Assembly: GCF_030144855.1 (NCBI RefSeq)
Contig: NC_082715.1
Span: 146,258,001 to 146,322,000 of the forward strand
DNA from: Hypanus sabinus
Lineage: Eukaryota
Direction: 5' to 3'
DNA: 64,000 bases
The notes beneath the pieces are model-generated. The model was not told the DNA's origin, did not search any database, and saw nothing but the letters and a program-made list of their open reading frames with translations. Of the stretch, positions 61,921 to 64,000 are shown one piece after another. The translations under genes and the position numbers were made by a program. Numbering within the stretch: position 1 is the stretch's first letter; each line of letters begins with the position of its first letter.

Positions 61921-62826
61921 TGTCAGGAATGGGGGCCGGATGGACCCAAACGCAGGACGCAGATACTGAAGGACTAGGGGGAGGAGAGGATGGGGATGCC
62001 ATGGCATTTAAGGGTAGACCTGGGGTTCAGGTAGATAGAGAGTCAGGCAGACAGAGCGGAGCGGGCTCCCGGAGTTCGGGCAGGCAGGCAGTTCCCACAG
62101 TTCGGGGCAGGCAGGCAGGCAGATCCCACAGTTCGGGGCAGGCAGGCAGGCAGATCCCACAGTTCGGGGCAGGCAGGCAGGCAGATTCCTCATGGAGGCC
62201 CGCATGGATCCCGGACAGGGCCGCCTCCCAGGCGGAAAACACAGAGGCCTGGGCCAGTCGCGGACACCTGGGCAGGTGCGGGGCACAACCCCTCGCCGGG
62301 CAGCGGCAGTCCGGCCGGACACGCCCGACGGAAGCAACGGGTAGGAAGGGGCAGAAACCACGCCGGGCCGGGGCAGTCCGGCCGGATCCGCTCGAGGGAG
62401 TCAACGGGTAGGAAGCTGGGTCCAGGGTAAGCAGCCAAACTACAGTGATCCACCGGGTACATTGGTAAATTGGGAAAGGCAACCAACAGCGTGGCAGCGC
62501 AAGCAAGGAAAATAAGGTGGAACAGCGGGACCCGCGCACCGGAGAGAAGCGGGGGAACAAGACCAACCGGATAGAGCATATACAGAACAGCCCAGCAACC
62601 AGGGCAGAACAGGATACAGAACAAAACGACCATCCGCCTGGTCCCAGTCCCAAGGCCCCTTATAAACACTTGCAGCTCAATGAGTCACAGGTGTGCCTCC
62701 TTGAGCCAGGATGGCCCTAACTAGTTCACGGGTGACGGAAGGAACAACTGCAGGACCCGGAGTCCGGAGCACTCGGACCGGATCGAGACCCGGAACGCGG
62801 ATTCCAGACTGGACCGGACCCTGACA
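61921..62826 (-). mobile_element. 906-bp Gypsy solo LTR with 5-bp TSD; internal 31-bp tandem repeat at 62074-62188
   Basis: Termini TGTCAGG...CCTGACA; CTCTT at 61916-61920 and 62827-62831; TTTATAA on - strand near 62660; flanks rejoin as AAGAGGCTCTTAAATAC of CR1. Confidence 0.9.
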
Positions 62827-64000
62827 CTCTTAAATACTCCTAACGTTTTAGTCTCTACCACCATCCCGGCCAAGTCATTCCAGGCACCCAGAACCCTCTG
62901 TATAAAAACATTACTCCTGATATCTCCCCCAAACGTTACTCCCTTAATTTTGTACATACACCCTCTGGTGTATGCTATTCGTGCGCTGGGAAACAGGTAT
63001 TGGCTATCCACACTATCTATGCCTCTCATAATCTTAAACACCTCTATCAAGTCCCGTCTCAACTTTATACGCTCCAAGGAGAAAAGTCCCAGCTCCGCTA
63101 ACCTTGCCTCATACGACTTGTTTTCCAATCTAGGCAACTTCCTGGTAAATTTCCTCTGCATCCTCTCTATAGCTTCCACATCCTTCCTATAATCAGGTGA
63201 TCAGAACTGAAATCATTACTCTAAGTATGGTCTCACCAGAGATTTGTAGGGCTGCAACAAGACCTCTGTACTCTTGAATTCAACCCCCCTATTAATGAAG
63301 CCTAATATCCAATAGGCCCTCTTAACTAACCTATAAACCTGTGCAGCAACCTTGAGTTATGTATGGATTTGAACCCCAAGGTCACTTTTTTCTTCCACAC
63401 TCTTAAGTAACCGACCATAAACCCTGTACTCAGCCTTCTGGTTTATCTTTCCATCACCTCACTCTTATCCGGATTGAACTCCACCTGCAACTTTTCTGCC
63501 AAACTCTGCATCCGGTCTCTATTCTCTTGTAGCCTTCGACAACCTGCAGCTCCATCTACAATTCCTCCAATCTTCGCGTCGTCCACAAACGAACTCACCC
63601 AACATTCCGCCTCTTCATCCAGGTCATTTATAAAACATCACGAAGAGCAGGGGCCTCAGTGTGGCACTCCACTAGTCATCGACCTTCAGGCAGAATACTT
63701 TCCTTTCACTACTACCCTCCGATTTCTTCCTGTAAGCCATTTCAAAATCCAAATAGCCAAGTTTCCACTAATCCCATGCCTCATGACTTTCTGGATGAGT
63801 CTCCCGTGGGGGACCCTGTCAAGTGCCTTGTACATCCATGTAGACCTCATCTACCGCCCTACCATAATCAATTTCGTTTGTTACATCTTCAAAAAACTCA
63901 ATTAGAGTCGTGAGGCATGACCTTCCCTTCACAAAGTCATGTTGACTAGCTTGAGTCGTCTTCACGTCTCCAAATGCTCGTAGATCCTATCCTTAAGAAT
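62827..64000 (-). mobile_element. CR1 RT/3' remnant (3' end continues at ~61790-61920)
   Basis: ORF 62721-63179 IERMQRKFTRKLP...LFSLER..LRRDLIEVFKIMRG; RT motif remnants on - strand near 63600-63900. Confidence 0.88.

Noticed and set aside
61920-62720. Overlapping 67-208 aa ORFs
   Set aside because: Confined to the solo LTR and its VNTR

Overview
Eukaryotic, repeat-rich DNA from a cartilaginous-fish (elasmobranch, probably ray-like) immunoglobulin light-chain region; species is inferred from gene organisation and repeat content. Two apparently intact leader-VJ-C genes have V and J already fused in the germline. One is on + (20175-25585) with a divergent C domain of uncertain isotype, possibly lambda-2-like. 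The other is on - (48175-51886) and resembles shark lambda (type II/NS3). They face each other tail-to-tail about 22 kb apart. Around them lie broken remnants of the + type cluster: a half C exon fused by 4-bp microhomology at 5840, a 3'-flank remnant near 16.4-17.0 kb, an intron remnant at 43.2 kb, and a VJ-less pseudo-C unit at 52.6-59.0 kb. The rest is mobile DNA: two L1-clade LINEs (one full length with a 16-bp TSD), many CR1 remnants, two Rex1-type fragments, a hAT remnant, Gypsy LTRs (one with a self-priming signature) and SINEs. There is one 171-bp N gap. Identity figures are hand counts and repeat boundaries are approximate unless a TSD is given.
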